64,000 nt of DNA. It comes from Parasitella parasitica NRRL 2501. Its lineage: Eukaryota > Fungi > Mucoromycota. The translations under genes were made by a program, and so were the position numbers. The notes below the pieces were generated by a model. That model ran no database searches. It was given only the letters and a program-made list of their open reading frames with translations, and was not told the origin of the DNA. How positions within the stretch are numbered: position 1 is the stretch's first letter; each line of letters begins with the position of its first letter. Positions 37,193 to 50,257 of this stretch are shown piece after piece. The stretch lies in the NCBI GenBank assembly GCA_025201805.1, contig MU619314.1:90176-154175 (forward strand), given 5' to 3'.

Positions 37193-40100
37193 ATGGCACT
37201 TAAAACGGACCGCGCCTTTTACAAGAAGACTCGAAGCAATGCCATAATCAAGCTGGTTCGAGAACGTAAAGTACTACTGCGATCAATCATTACAAATCAC
37301 TTGATTTACATGTACCTTTCACAGAATATCTACGAAATGATATCCCATGTTTATCAGAATCGTGCACAGCAGCAAAATGCAACAATTCAGCTTGCCAAAC
37401 AGCGTTATTAAGTTCAGCAGCAGATCATTACATTATACCAGACATATCTGTAAGTTGTTTGTTTGCTTTTACATCTGCATTTATACTCAACGTGCACTTT
37501 TTGATAGGTTATTATGCGATACTTGGAGATTTTAGAACAAGACCAGATATCCAACATTATTTGGAGTCAAACTGTAACCATAAACGTAATGTTGCACTCG
37601 CACAGTATGCGTTAATTAATACATATTAAGTCCTTTTTTTTATACAGCTGCAGCAGCACGATAAATCAAAAACATACAAAAAGCTTCGAGAGATCACCAA
37701 TGATTCGAGAAAGAAAAGCATCATGTTTTACAATGAAATATTCAAAGAAACCAAAGTGTTGCGGATTCCTGCCGAATCAAGCGTCGTTCGCGATTGGAGA
37801 GCCCACTGCCAATTGGCTCGGTGGTACAGCGCCCATCTCAACCACACCAAAAAGATAGTATTACTTTCTGAACTAGACCATACGCATGATGATACACCGA
37901 CCAATGTTACCGTGATGACCACCCGTCAATATTTAGATACTTATCACAAAGAGGATCGACTGTTACAAAATTTGGTACATGTTTTAGCAGATGTTATATT
38001 CGAGGATAATGAGGATGGGAAAATCAAGATTGCTTCCAAAAAATTGGGCGGTTTGAGTGCTGTAAACACTGCCGTTTCTGGCTATACCGAGGTAAGCTTA
38101 CGAATCACCCGTTTTATAAGTCGGGTGTTTATGCAATTTTTGCAAACAGTACAAGTCAATGGATGAGTTGGAAGTGGGAATCAAATCACGTCGTTACTTT
38201 TCGGGCGTGTTGCGCTGTAGAAAGGACAGTAGAGATCAAGCATACGTAAATGCAGGTGCGCATCTTGGCAAAGATATATTAATCATCGGGAATGACAATA
38301 GAAACCGTGCAGGTATGTGAGAGCCGTCCAATACTGCTTGTGGTCTGACGACAATTCTGCCAAGTTCATGGAGATGTGGTAGTCGTAGAGCTGTTGTCAG
38401 AGAGTAACTGGACAGTGCCCTCGAATGAAATTGCTTTCAGCAGTAGCAATGCCGAAGATGAATACGAAGAGGATCGGTTCACAAACTCTGCAGCTGTAAC
38501 TACCCAACCGACAGGCCAGGTTGTTGGTATTTTGAACCGTAACTGGAGATCCTATGTTGCTACGTTGCAAGAGGATAGCTCAGCAGTGGGTGGTTCCGTT
38601 CACTTGGCTGTTCCTTTGGATCCAGTGGTTCCTAAGATTAGAATCAGATACCAAGATGTTAAGTTGATCGAGAACCAGCGCATTGTCGTTCGTATTGACA
38701 ACTGGCCTATTTCATCGCAATATCCAAACGGGCATTTTGTTAGATCTTTGGGCACTATTCATCAATTAGATACCGAAATATCAGCGATCCTAGTTGAGCA
38801 CTCAATCTCGGTATCTCAGGCGAGCCAAGGGTTTAGCCAAATGTCTTTAAATGAGATGCCAATGGACACCCCTGAACATCCATGGAAACCAGAGGAGGTA
38901 TGTTTTACAGAAATAAAAGTTTTCTCTTTTATTATTATTTTTCTTAATGCTCTTCTCCTGAATTCTGTAGAATGAAATTAAAAGGAGGAGAGACCTTAGA
39001 AACTTGACCGTCTTCAGTATAGATCCTCCTAATTGTCAAGATATCGATGGTAATATGTGGATCACAACCAACTGGATTGAATTGGCTGTTTATTATTTTT
39101 GTAGATGCTCTTTCTGTGAAGGAACTACCAAACGGAAATATAGAATTAGGTGTTCATATTGCTGATGTTAGTTATTTTGTAAAAGAAAACTATGTAACAG
39201 ATCTTGAAGCAAGATCAAGGTAATATGGCAATGACATGAATTTCGTGTATTCTGACCTTTTTAAAACCTTTCAGGGGAACAACAGTTTATTTGGCAGATA
39301 GACGTTTTGACATGCTGCCTTCTGTACTCAGTGAGAGAGTCTGTTCGCTTCGTCATAAAGTAGATCGTTATGCAGTTTCTGTTGTTTGGACTTTGACCAA
39401 AGAGTACAAGGTGGTTGATACTTGGTTTGGCAGATCGATCATTAATTCTAGCTGTGAGATGGAATATGAGCAAGCGCAACAATTACTGGATGGAAAACCG
39501 GTTGTCACTGGCTTAGGTTAGTAAAAATGTAGTTTTTGCTCAGATCATGTTCAAATCCATAACGAAAATTTCACTGCAGATGCATCTTTATGTAAAAAGC
39601 TGAAACCATGTGTTACAAAACTCGCCCAAGTACTTCGTGTCATAAGAGTAGGCTTCAATGAAATTATTTAACAACTTTTTGTGTTAAAATTATCGAATAG
39701 AATAAACGTTTGGATCAAGGCGCTTTAGAGTTGGAAGGATCCGAAATCAAGTTTAAAATCACGGATAAGCAAGAGATTACTGATATTAATATCCTTTTAC
39801 TTATAATTATTTATCTATACATATGCTTACCCTTAACTAACTTGAACCTATATCAACTATTTATCCTTAACCCTATTTGAATCTACTCCCCAAAGACAGT
39901 ATGGAAATACATGGTCTCGTTGCAGAAGCAATGATTTTAGCTAATGCTTCGGTGGGTAAACGAATTTATGAAAGGTTCAAAGACGCCGCTATTCTCAGAC
40001 ATCACCCGCCTCCTTCACAAGGTCAATTTGAAAGGCTGATCAAAGCAGCAAAAAGCAGAGGATTCTCGGTTGACTTCTCTTCAAATAAAGCACTTGCTGA

Positions 40101-41288
40101 ATCATTGGAGGCTATCACCTTGGGGTGTAAAAACGACCCAGAAATTGCAAAACTGCTAAAGACGATGGCTACCATTGCCATGAATGAAGCAGGCTATATA
40201 TCTTCTGGCCATTATCCTGTGGATCAATACTACCATTACGGCTTAGCTTTGGAGTTTTATACCCATTTTACAGTAAGTTTCAAAGATAAACTTGAGCACC
40301 GTGTATTGAGCTGGCAATACAGTCCCCTATTCGTAGATATGCAGATGTCATTGCTCATCGACAACTTCTCATGTGCGTGGAAGACCCAACAACTGTAACA
40401 GATGCAAAAGTTCGTGGTTCTGTTATGTTTAAAGATGGCACTATTTCTGATATTTGTGATAATCTCAACCTCAAATCAAGGGAATCCAAGTTTGCTCAAC
40501 GAGTTTGTGTTGATTCCGAAATCCAGTCATTCAAATACTCATCATATATGTTTTTTTCAGGATTCAACTGAGCTGTTCCAAAGTCTTTATGTGCTTCAAC
40601 ACACTTATAATGAAGAAAATCTAGTCGAAAGAGGTGTCATTTCAGAAATCAGATCTAATGGTTTTTATGTTTTTGTTCCAAGGTAAATTATTTGAATGCT
40701 ATGGAAAACAGGTTCGTTGATAGCTAATACTGCAATGTAGACTTGGATTAAAAGGACCTGTATATCTCAAAGAAAAAAATGGCAAACCGCATGTCCCACT
40801 CTCCTTGATTTCAGGCAAAAATTCACATAGTAAGTTATATGGCCACGCCTTTGCTTTTCGACTTGCCATTCACCACAAAAATAGATTCAGATGAAACTAT
40901 ACCCAATTGCGATATTCAAGTCGATATGCCTACCCGAATTTCTGTAAATGGTGCAGATTTACCATATCCTATCGAATTTAATCTTTTTGATAGAGTGAGA
41001 GTTTCCCTCAAACTTCGCAAATCTCACGCCCATCGTCATATGGTATATATGACCCTGGTTGATTTAGAGCACGTCGAGGTGAACAGCAAAGAAGATAGGA
41101 ACTCTATTCGATTGACAAACAAAGAGATGATGCGTGCTATTGAAGCGGAAGAAGTTTCATCCCAACTTGTGGATCCCAGCAAAAAACCCAGTAGTCGGAA
41201 GAAAAAAAAGAATAATGCCTCAATGTACGAAATATTAGAGAAGTTCAGAAGGTTATCGATCATTGAAAATGCTTGCGTAAATGAATAA
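37193..41288 (+). CDS. DIS3L: DIS3-like exoribonuclease (RNase II/RNB family, DIS3L/Dis3L1-type with degenerate PIN), about 16 exons including one AT-AC intron
   Basis: [13 protein letters not shown]; [14 protein letters not shown]; PKIRI; RIDNWP..S.YPNGHFV; RNB motif [16 protein letters not shown]; GVHIADV; [13 protein letters not shown]; VAEAMILAN; [18 protein letters not shown]. The PIN region IIPDIS...LEILE is DIS3L-like. Confidence 0.85.
39789..39886 (+). other. U12-type (minor spliceosome) AT-AC intron, 98 nt
   Basis: 5' splice site ATATCCTTT at 39789; branch point TCCTTAAC at 39864-39871; ends ...ATCTAC at 39886. Removal joins ...[25 protein letters not shown] in frame. Confidence 0.93.
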
Positions 41289-43135
41289 ATAAAGAAGCAA
41301 AATACATTACAAATTACAATTTATAACGTGCTGTCTTTCCCCTCATCCCGAACTATAATGAACCTTTGCTTCGCTACGATGAATTTTTTTTCCAAACCCC
41401 TCCCCCCATCAGAAGTGGGGGGGGGTGCACTGCTCGAGCCTGCAACGGGTTGTCTCACGAAAGACGATGCTAATCCGAAAGTTTTGTTTGGAAGACACTG
41501 TTGTTTATTAAATACTTGATTTGAATAAGTATCGCAAAATGACTTGGTTGGATTGGCAGCATTGGATGAATTGATATCATCGCAATGATCCCCATTATTT
41601 TTCTAATAGCCTTCTTAGATTCGGCAGGAACAATGTAATAGAGTCTCTGGCGGCTAGCTGATCTTTAGTGATATTTCTTGTGTTTATGGAGCCATTGTTT
41701 TGATCACGCTGTTGCGGCCACTGTTCCTGAATCGAATCTATCAAACTTAATTAAAATCGTTCTGTCTTAGTTCGATGGCGCATTAGAAAGTTATTAGTTC
41801 ACATTACCTATTTGCTCCTTCTTATTACTGTATATCAACCAAGTATTTTGTCCCGAATAATTCTTTTTCAACGAATTCTGAAGCTCCTAAATGAAAGTTC
41901 TTGAGCAGAAAAGAAAATTTAGGGCTTCTGTCTTGTGGTTTTGAAACAGAACCTGTAGTTGAAGAGAATGCAATGATTTTTAAAAGGTGTTATCGACCTT
42001 GACATCAACGTTGATCACAACGAGACTATGCGGCGAGGAAAATACCAATTTTTAATGGTGTAATTATTGGATGGTGTTGCTGGGGAATGAACTCCCAATC
42101 CTTAAAATACCACCAGTTGTTTGTTCTTCATGGGACACGCCAAGCTAACGATTTACATCTTGGGTTTGGAAAATGAGTTGACTAATGCGGGTTTTGGTCA
42201 TAATATTTACTGTTCTAAACATGATGTATGAAGTTAATTCAGTTTCCTAATCGATTGGCCTTTTCAAATGCCCAAGGCTAAACATTAACTTTGGTTGGAT
42301 TTTATCTTGCAATTCATGTCGCGGACAATTGTACGTTGTCCTTTCAAGGGTGAGTGTTCCTTCATATATTAAGATTATGATTGACAAGGAAACTTCTTAG
42401 CTGGAAGATAATATAGGCTATTATGCTCACAACACAGTATTTTCTATAAAAACAAAAATATGAACATGATGAACTTAACAAGCTTCGCGGAGCGAATCTG
42501 TGCGAACCAGCTCGTTGCTATTAAATGTCTGGATTTCTAAATAACATAATAATAACAATAATTATGAAATTCTTTGTATAAGATACCATCTATTTAGGTC
42601 CTGCTTATCCTAAACTTATCGAAAATTATTCAAAAATTCATAAAAAAAAGCTTGTTTTTGCACATAACTTTTCAAAGACACTTTTCATAGCAAAGATCAA
42701 ATAAATATAAAATAGCCCTTATAGTACCTATTTCGGCCATGCGTAAAATCAACTTATACTTTGATTTTTATCAGGATCTATATACATCTATGTGCAATTT
42801 TTGTTGGAATCCAAAAAAGATAAACAGAGATCAACGAGACAAGAAAACTTTATGATACTTTATTTAAGGTCTAAATTGCATTTGCTATTATTGCTTTTCA
42901 ACTACATAAATTCACGGCGTCTAATTTAGATAACTAATCGACAAGACTAATTCCCAGTAACAATCTACTTGACAGGGTACGATATATGGTTAGACGTCGA
43001 CGATGTATTCATATGAAGCAAAGAAAAGCATTTGTAACGTTACACACACCCTTCTGGATCACGCTGCTGAGCAAAAACGCAAGTTGTTTAATAAACCGTT
43101 TTGCTTAGCTTTTTGCTTCTTTCGTTTCCCATCAG

Positions 43136-44485
43136 ATGAATAATCAAGTAACCGTTAACTCTACCTCTGAAGATGCGAATGCATCTGCATCCCTTAAAAT
43201 TCGACAATTAAACAATCTGATCAAGCAGCATTACGCAGTGAAAAGCAGCAAATTTTATCGGGCGTTTCCATTTGTATTGTCTTATATCCATTATAGCGAT
43301 ATGCCAACTTGCGCTTTGCTAAACTCATCTTTTAGCAACTTGGCGAAAGATGAGATATGGAATGATCCCAAATTTGATGATGCCGCATATACTCACAATG
43401 CGTTATATGTGTTCAACAAGTTCTTGTCACAATTACCCACAATCCAAACAAGTTCAACCGTTTCACGGATTCACAAACTGGATCTACGATCAATTCAAGA
43501 AAACCTTTATGATCGAGTAAACCCTGAGTTTCTGCGAATCATTGCGCAATACTGTGTCAATTTGACAGCTCTTAACTTTGAAAAAGTCGAGTTTTTAAAC
43601 GTAAAATCATTGCCAAAGGATCCTTGGGCTCTTCCGCTTTTAACTCATCTCAACTTATCTTATTGCCCTCATGTCAATGACGATATGATTGTTACAATAG
43701 CTCGGTCATGTCGACAGCTAGTACAAGTAAAACTAGATGGGCTTATTCAACACAAGGGTAAAGGGTTGGCTGGTCTTGCGGTGGAATGTGATCAGCTTTC
43801 ATCCGTCTCTGCCAAATTCAATACAACTATGGAGGATCAGGCCATCATAGCATTAGCAAAATTCAGGCATATTCGACTTTTAGAGTTGGATTTAACAGGT
43901 TGCACAAAGCTGACATCTACTGGACTCACCATATTAGCTCGCTACGCAGCACACCTAACAAACTTATCTGTAGCTCAAACCAATTGTAAACTTGAAGAAT
44001 TAACCAAATTTTCGTGTATACAGCGCTTCACTGAGACATTAGACATCTCTGGTCTCAAGCAAATTAATGACGATCTTCTTGCAGATTGGATTTTGCAATC
44101 TAGCTGTCAGCAGTTGAAAAATTTCACCATGGAAGCAAGTAATGCAATAGCCCTTGTCAAGTTGTCTCAACAACCACCTTATCTATTAGACACTAGTATT
44201 CGACAAGTTACCGAATTGAAGCTTATGAATTTACCAGAGCATACGCCCATGAGCTACTTGAATCAATTAACAAATCTATTTCCTTGCTTGACAGACATTA
44301 CATTTGTCAGAGCTTATTTCGAGTCAGATTTTATGCACGGCATGTACCGCACACCCTCTCCTGAAGATGAAAGCTACATTACAGATGCTCAACTCGCCAA
44401 GTTCAACAAGAGTCAGAGACAAGTAACTGCCACCGTGATTAGAGAAAGAGAAGATAATGTTGATTGTAGCCTTTTAAATTGGTAA
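43136..44485 (+). CDS. F-box-like / leucine-rich repeat (RNI-like) protein, single exon
   Basis: 449-aa ORF with a degenerate F-box (VLSYI...CALLN..F..LA...IW..P) and cysteine-containing LRRs (LTHLNLSYCPHVNDD, LLELDLTGCTKLT). Confidence 0.75.
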   Translation: MNNQVTVNSTSEDANASASLKIRQLNNLIKQHYAVKSSKFYRAFPFVLSYIHYSDMPTCALLNSSFSNLAKDEIWNDPKFDDAAYTHNALYVFNKFLSQLPTIQTSSTVSRIHKLDLRSIQENLYDRVNPEFLRIIAQYCVNLTALNFEKVEFLNVKSLPKDPWALPLLTHLNLSYCPHVNDDMIVTIARSCRQLVQVKLDGLIQHKGKGLAGLAVECDQLSSVSAKFNTTMEDQAIIALAKFRHIRLLELDLTGCTKLTSTGLTILARYAAHLTNLSVAQTNCKLEELTKFSCIQRFTETLDISGLKQINDDLLADWILQSSCQQLKNFTMEASNAIALVKLSQQPPYLLDTSIRQVTELKLMNLPEHTPMSYLNQLTNLFPCLTDITFVRAYFESDFMHGMYRTPSPEDESYITDAQLAKFNKSQRQVTATVIREREDNVDCSLLNW

Positions 44486-46081
44486 TTTAAAGAACTTATG
44501 TCCAAAATTCTTTACATTGAGCAGAAGAATAAATGACATTTAACACATTTGTTACGTGGAGTTAATTATCAAAAATGATTTTTATTCACGAAAGATCAAG
44601 ACTATTGAACCAAGATACTCACCTACGATGCAATAAATCAGTTAATAAGAGATATTAAAAACTATGTGGCATTCATATAATGCAAAAGAGAGTATCGTCT
44701 GTGCATAATATAACTCTCAGTTCTTTGTAAACATTACTCAGCAAAAGCCTCTGCCTCGAAATCTGATCGTAGGCAGGACTCTAAGACGGCTCTTCCTATT
44801 TTGATGTGTGTTTTTTTCATCCCGTTATACAAGCACAACGATCTATCTCTCTTCGGGACCATACAAGACGCCTTTGTTTGGATATCTTACCTTTAATACA
44901 TGAAAGCAACATGAGAATCCGAAGACGGTAACAGAAGCTGCACAGATTTGTAAACTAAATAATTTATATGTTAATTAATATACGTTTATATAAAGGTTTG
45001 GAAAGAAGAGAATTGCTGTAAATGTGTCAGAAAGTTATACTGGCAAGTATCAACAGCACTCAGCGAAGCACTGCGGTTTATATCATCATGGTCGATAAGT
45101 TAAAATGAAGACGATGTATAGTTTTCGTCATACACAATAGCTAACCCCTTCTCTCTTATTTCACTTACCAGAATATCGCAGAATGGTTAAAAGAAACAGT
45201 TGATAAGAAAATTTTTTTCTTGTCCTTAAATAACTTTACTATAAATTTTTGCTAAGCCTCTAGTGGTCAGTAATTACTGTGTTTACAAGTGTCAAGTAAT
45301 GGTTGGAAAAATCTAGGCAAGGATGTTGTTTATTTGATGAGCAGAAATTCATCTGACATCTATACAAAAGATGATAAGCACAATAATAACGCTGTAAATT
45401 GTTTGACATTTGCCCCTGGCACATGTGTTTGACACTTAGCCAAATGACTAGTGTTTTCAGCAATTAAAACCTCAATAAAGTTGAGTGAAGTAAAATAGAA
45501 ATTTTAGCAAAAAACAAAAATAAAAGTATTTTTTATAGAATTATTTATTACAACATCAAATAGAACAATATAATTAAACCAGAAGATCCCTAGAAAATAG
45601 TAAAAATGTTAATTAAGGAAAATCATCCAAATAACGAAAATGTTTGTCTCGTAACTAAGAAGACAACCAAGTAAACTGCAACAAAGCAGGTTGGACTTCA
45701 ACTCAATCGAGACGGAATCATCTTTGTCGTGCCACACCTAGAACAGGTGGACAACAGTTAAAATGATATGGTTGATTTTCCACGAGTGTAACAGAGATCC
45801 ATCATTGTAAAATGAGCGCAAGGCTCGTTGGATCACCTGACAAGACTTGTGGGTATCCCATTACAAAAAAAGGGGACGAAAAGAAAGAAAAAAAAGTATA
45901 GATAATTACCTTGAGATGAAGTGTAGCTGATTAGCGAAAGAGCATCTGATAATGGAAAAGTTTTTGAAAGCTTTTTATAAAGTTTGGTCACTGGTAAACC
46001 TTTTCTTCTAATCAATTACTTGAAGCCACAAATTTTTATGAGGCGGAGTGCTCCTCGAAGATACAACAATGTTTCTATAGA

Positions 46082-47949
46082 ATGCCAGAACAACAACCTA
46101 TTACGAAATATTCAAAACTATACGATCGATTTTCAAAAGAAAATGATTATCAAAAGGTGCCGCTAATAGAAAACGAGTGGGATGCTGTGAAGGACCAGTA
46201 AGTATGCTCAATACTATCATTCCAACGTTAATCATATACATTACCAGGTCAGAAGTGAAGAATTACCTTCCTAAGCCCAATACTACCACTATTACTACAG
46301 GAATCAGCAAAATACAAACCGAGACAATAAGCAATTTCGAGTCAATTGATATTAGTAAAAGCATTCCAAATAAGAGAGCCCATATTTTGAATGTAGGTTG
46401 CTCTGTTTGGGGCCTCGACTTTGTACCTAAACCATCATCAAATAAAAGCAGCGATCAGTATTTAGCTATTGGAGGCTATAACTCGACGAAAGAGCATCAT
46501 TTATTGACTGAAGATGTGAATAAAGGCGATGAATATAATGCGATTCAGATTTGGAAGTGTAGGTCATACGTTACAAAATTCAGACCAATGTTGGATATGT
46601 GCATTTTGCATGATTTTGGTGTGGTTGTTGATTTCAAGTGGTGTCCGTATAGTATATATGATGATAAGGTAAGGTAATAAAAGGAATTACTACGTTACCA
46701 AGCTCAATGGAACCACATTGGAATATGTAGAAACTAGGTATTCTGGCTGCGATGTTTAACAATGGAGACATCCGAATATTTGTCGTGCCTCATCCAGAAA
46801 GCGTGCGGAAAAAGAACAAACTGGTTCAAGAAGATACAGTTTACAGTAAGGTAAAATACTTTACAATCCAACAGGTTGCCTGACATAGATTATTCAGTCA
46901 AGGTTAAGCAAGCAAGACTCGTGTTAAAATTATCAAACAAAAGCGACAATGCATTTTGTTTTGCTTGGGGTGGTTACAGAAACTTGGCGTGTGGGACAAG
47001 ATCAGGAAGCATTGTAGTTTGGAACATTTTAGAATCACTTTTACAGGACACTGCTTTGATTCATGTAAACATACCAAACGCAAGCTTGCTAGCGATACGA
47101 TGTATTGCCTGGAAGTCCCTGTTTGATGATACTATTCTGTTTTCAAGTGACATGGATGGAAATATCCATTTGCACGATTTAAATGATCCTTTTTTTCCAA
47201 GCAAAATATTTAGAGTGAGACGTAGAGTAGATGTGCATTTTGTTGATGGTTCTGCATATACTGATATTTTCTCTCACTATCGCTCAAATAGATACTTATA
47301 TTTGTTTGTGTGGGCCAGGGTTTGCATCCGGGTTTTTATATGGTGAATCTGATGGGATTATGAGAAAGAACATATATCTAACTACCAGAAAGTCTATTAC
47401 ATTAACATCGCATAATAGTATGATTTGGCAATGTGCAGTAAGTCCACATCATGGCATCATGGCTTCCGTAAGCTCAAATGGCAAAGCCATGGTAAAGCCA
47501 TTTGCTCATGATGATATTGAATACACACAAAGTCATAGAGTAAGTATGTCACGTAGACTGGACCTTGGCTGTATCATTTACATATATACACGTAGCCAGC
47601 TGAATGTACACTTTACGAGTTGGAATATGACCAAGAATCCAAAATATTCAAATACATTGATGGAATTCGACCGAAAGTATGTTTAGAAATGCGCTTCCAT
47701 ATTATAATAGAGTATTGAACAACAAGGCGATGAAATTTTAGACGACATTTCCAGAACGTGAATACTATAACGTACTACTAAATCCCATTATCGCATTGCA
47801 AAAGGTAGAATATGCATGATCCGGTTACTATTTAGTGCTAATAATCGCATAATACGTAGATTGCTTGGAATACAAATAAAAATGCATGCGGCTGGGTGGT
47901 CTCTGGCGGTGCAGCTGGTCTATGTAGACTAGAATACACGGGCTTGTAA
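46082..47949 (+). CDS. TFC6: TFIIIC WD40 subunit (Tfc6/GTF3C2-like); 5' end uncertain
   Basis: ILNVGCSVWGLDFVP, QYLAIGG, AIQIW, LHDFGVVVDFKWCP, KLGILAAMFNNG.IRIFVVPHP, C-terminal KIAWNTN....WVVSGGAAGLCRLE. Confidence 0.72.
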
Positions 47950-48141
47950 AAGACACAATTAAAAGCGGGAAATCTTTTTTCACATTATGAATGTTTCATT
48001 AAGATCAACCTCTAATTATTCACACAGACACACTCACGTAAGAAAACTATCGTTATTCCCTCTTTTTGTTTTTTTGTTTTTCATTGTTTTTTGTTCTTTG
48101 TTTTTTGCTTCGTACACTTTTCCATCATCTCGTTTTTTGAC

Positions 48142-49073
48142 ATGACATTGCAACCCACTGGGACAGAAATGCCATTTGATATCAATATGAGTCGCCATGG
48201 ACCCATCGCAGAACGAATCCCAATTTCAGAGGAGCATACGGTGCTCTCGCCAGAAGAAAAGGAACTGAAGAAACAGCAAGATGGATTAAAGCTAGTCAGC
48301 GAGCTACGAAGCTCACTTGAATGGTATGAAGTAGTATCTCATGGCCATCTGAGTGATTCTGCAAGGGATCACTCACTGACCGCACGATCACTTCGTGGTC
48401 AACACAAAATTTTACGTCGACCATTAAAGTTTTTTAATCTAAACAAGACAAAATGCATTGTGATATTGCATTTAGGCGATCATCTGTAAGTTTGTTGTCA
48501 ACAGCGAATAGGGGATCTATTCTATATTTATATAAATGGGAGAGAAAGCATATGATTGATAACAAGAAACATACATAGATGTAAGCTTCTTTTATGTTAT
48601 CAAGGAGTTTTTGGGTTAATTATGTTTTTTTTTTGGCACATGTTGGGGCAACTTTTGGTTGCGATGGTTACTCAAAAAATCTACTGGATCAGAACAAGGT
48701 TATCTGATAAAAAATCTTTTTTTATTTTTTTGATAGATGCGGCAATAATGGCATACATAATGGATTGTTAGCAACATTACTAGATGAACATTTAGCATTC
48801 GTCGTATGTATATTGTTCTTATGATTATCATGTGTTAAAATGCTAATGTACATATAAATGTAGTCTTTACCAAGTTTACCCAATCACACTGGATTTACAG
48901 CCAATTTAAATGTGGATTACAAGCAAGCCGTTACTTCAAACCAATGGATTAGCATTCATGGTGAATTGGATAGGATAGAAGGACGAAAAGCCTATGCAGA
49001 AGCATGGATACAAACTATGGATGGTGTACGCACCACAGAAGCGAAATCTCTGTATATTAGTCCTAGAACCTAA
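48142..49073 (+). CDS. HotDog-fold acyl-CoA thioesterase (PaaI/THEM4/Fmp10-like), 3 exons
   Basis: HSLTARSLRG..KI, HLGDHLCGNNGIHNGLLATLLDE, GFTANLNVDYK, EGRKAY. Confidence 0.85.
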
Positions 49074-49360
49074 ATGTTTCGATGTAATATTAAATTGTTC
49101 TGCCCCACAATACGCCCCTACTAATATCGCTATACACCCAATTTCTGGGGATCTGAGTTTTACGATAGATTGCCACAGTAGGTTCATGCTTTTTGATATG
49201 TCTACTAGCCTCTAATCTCAATGCTAAGTGGGTATGAATTTGTGTGTTTCAAAAATCGGTCAACATCCTACCCCTTCCCCCGCAATTTCCTATATAAAAA
49301 GGATAAAAAAATTTAATCGTTTCCGAAATACTTTTTTCTTTTTCTACAAATACATACATA

Positions 49361-50257
49361 ATGGATGTGGATAAGCTTCAATCTATTCCTGGAATCCCCT
49401 TTCCTGAATACTATGAGATTTTCATGGATTGGAAAACACCTGTAGCCATTGCTTCTGTATATGCTATCTGCGTGCACTTAATGAACCCATCTCCTGAATC
49501 TGCCAAACTTTCAAGAGTTGAAGCAAAGAACCGTGGAGTTGGCAATGCATCAAAATCAAACAAATTAATGACTGCATTCGTTTTTGTTCATAATTTGATT
49601 CTTTCCATCTACTCTGGTATTACATTCATCAACATGGCCCAAAACATGCACAAATTATTTAACCGCGGTTCCTCGATTCATGACGCCGTAAGTTTTATAT
49701 GTAAACAAAAGAATAGGCTGTGTGTGCATGTGTGTGTTAACCATTCATATATATAATAGTATTGTGATACGGATAACTTTCTGTGGAATGAAGGTCTCGG
49801 TTACTGGGGCTATCTCTTTTATCTTTCCAAGTTTTATGAGGTCATTGATACTGCTATTATTATCATGAAGGGCCGTCGTTCATCTCTTTTGCAAACATAC
49901 CACCATTCAGGTGCTATGATCACCATGTGGTCTGGTATCCGCTATCAAGCTCAACCTATTTGGATCTTTGTCGTGTTCAATTCACTCATCCATTCCATCA
50001 TGTACATGTATTACGCCATGACATCCATTGGACTTCATCCCCCTGGAAAGCGCTATTTGACTTCTATGCAAATCTCTCAATTCTTGATCGGCATGTCCAC
50101 TGCTATATCCTATCTTCTCGTTCCCAATTGTCTGAAAACTCCCGGTCAACAATTTGCTGTTGCTATCAACGTGGGTTATCTTTTACCTCTTACTTATCTT
50201 TTTGTTGATTTCGCTCGCAGAACTTATGGTAACCGTAAGGCTAAAAAGTCAGAGTAA
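49361..50257 (+). CDS. GNS1/SUR4 (ELO) fatty-acid elongase, 2 exons
   Basis: FVHNLILSIYS, GYWGYLFYLSKFYEVIDT, LQTYHH, VFNSLIHSIMYMYYA, TSMQISQF, C-terminal KKSE (ER-retrieval-like). Confidence 0.92.

Noticed and set aside
44600-45900. Fragmentary frames that might be a pseudogene or extra 5' exons of TFC6
   Set aside because: I could not build a consistent spliced frame or recognise a family.
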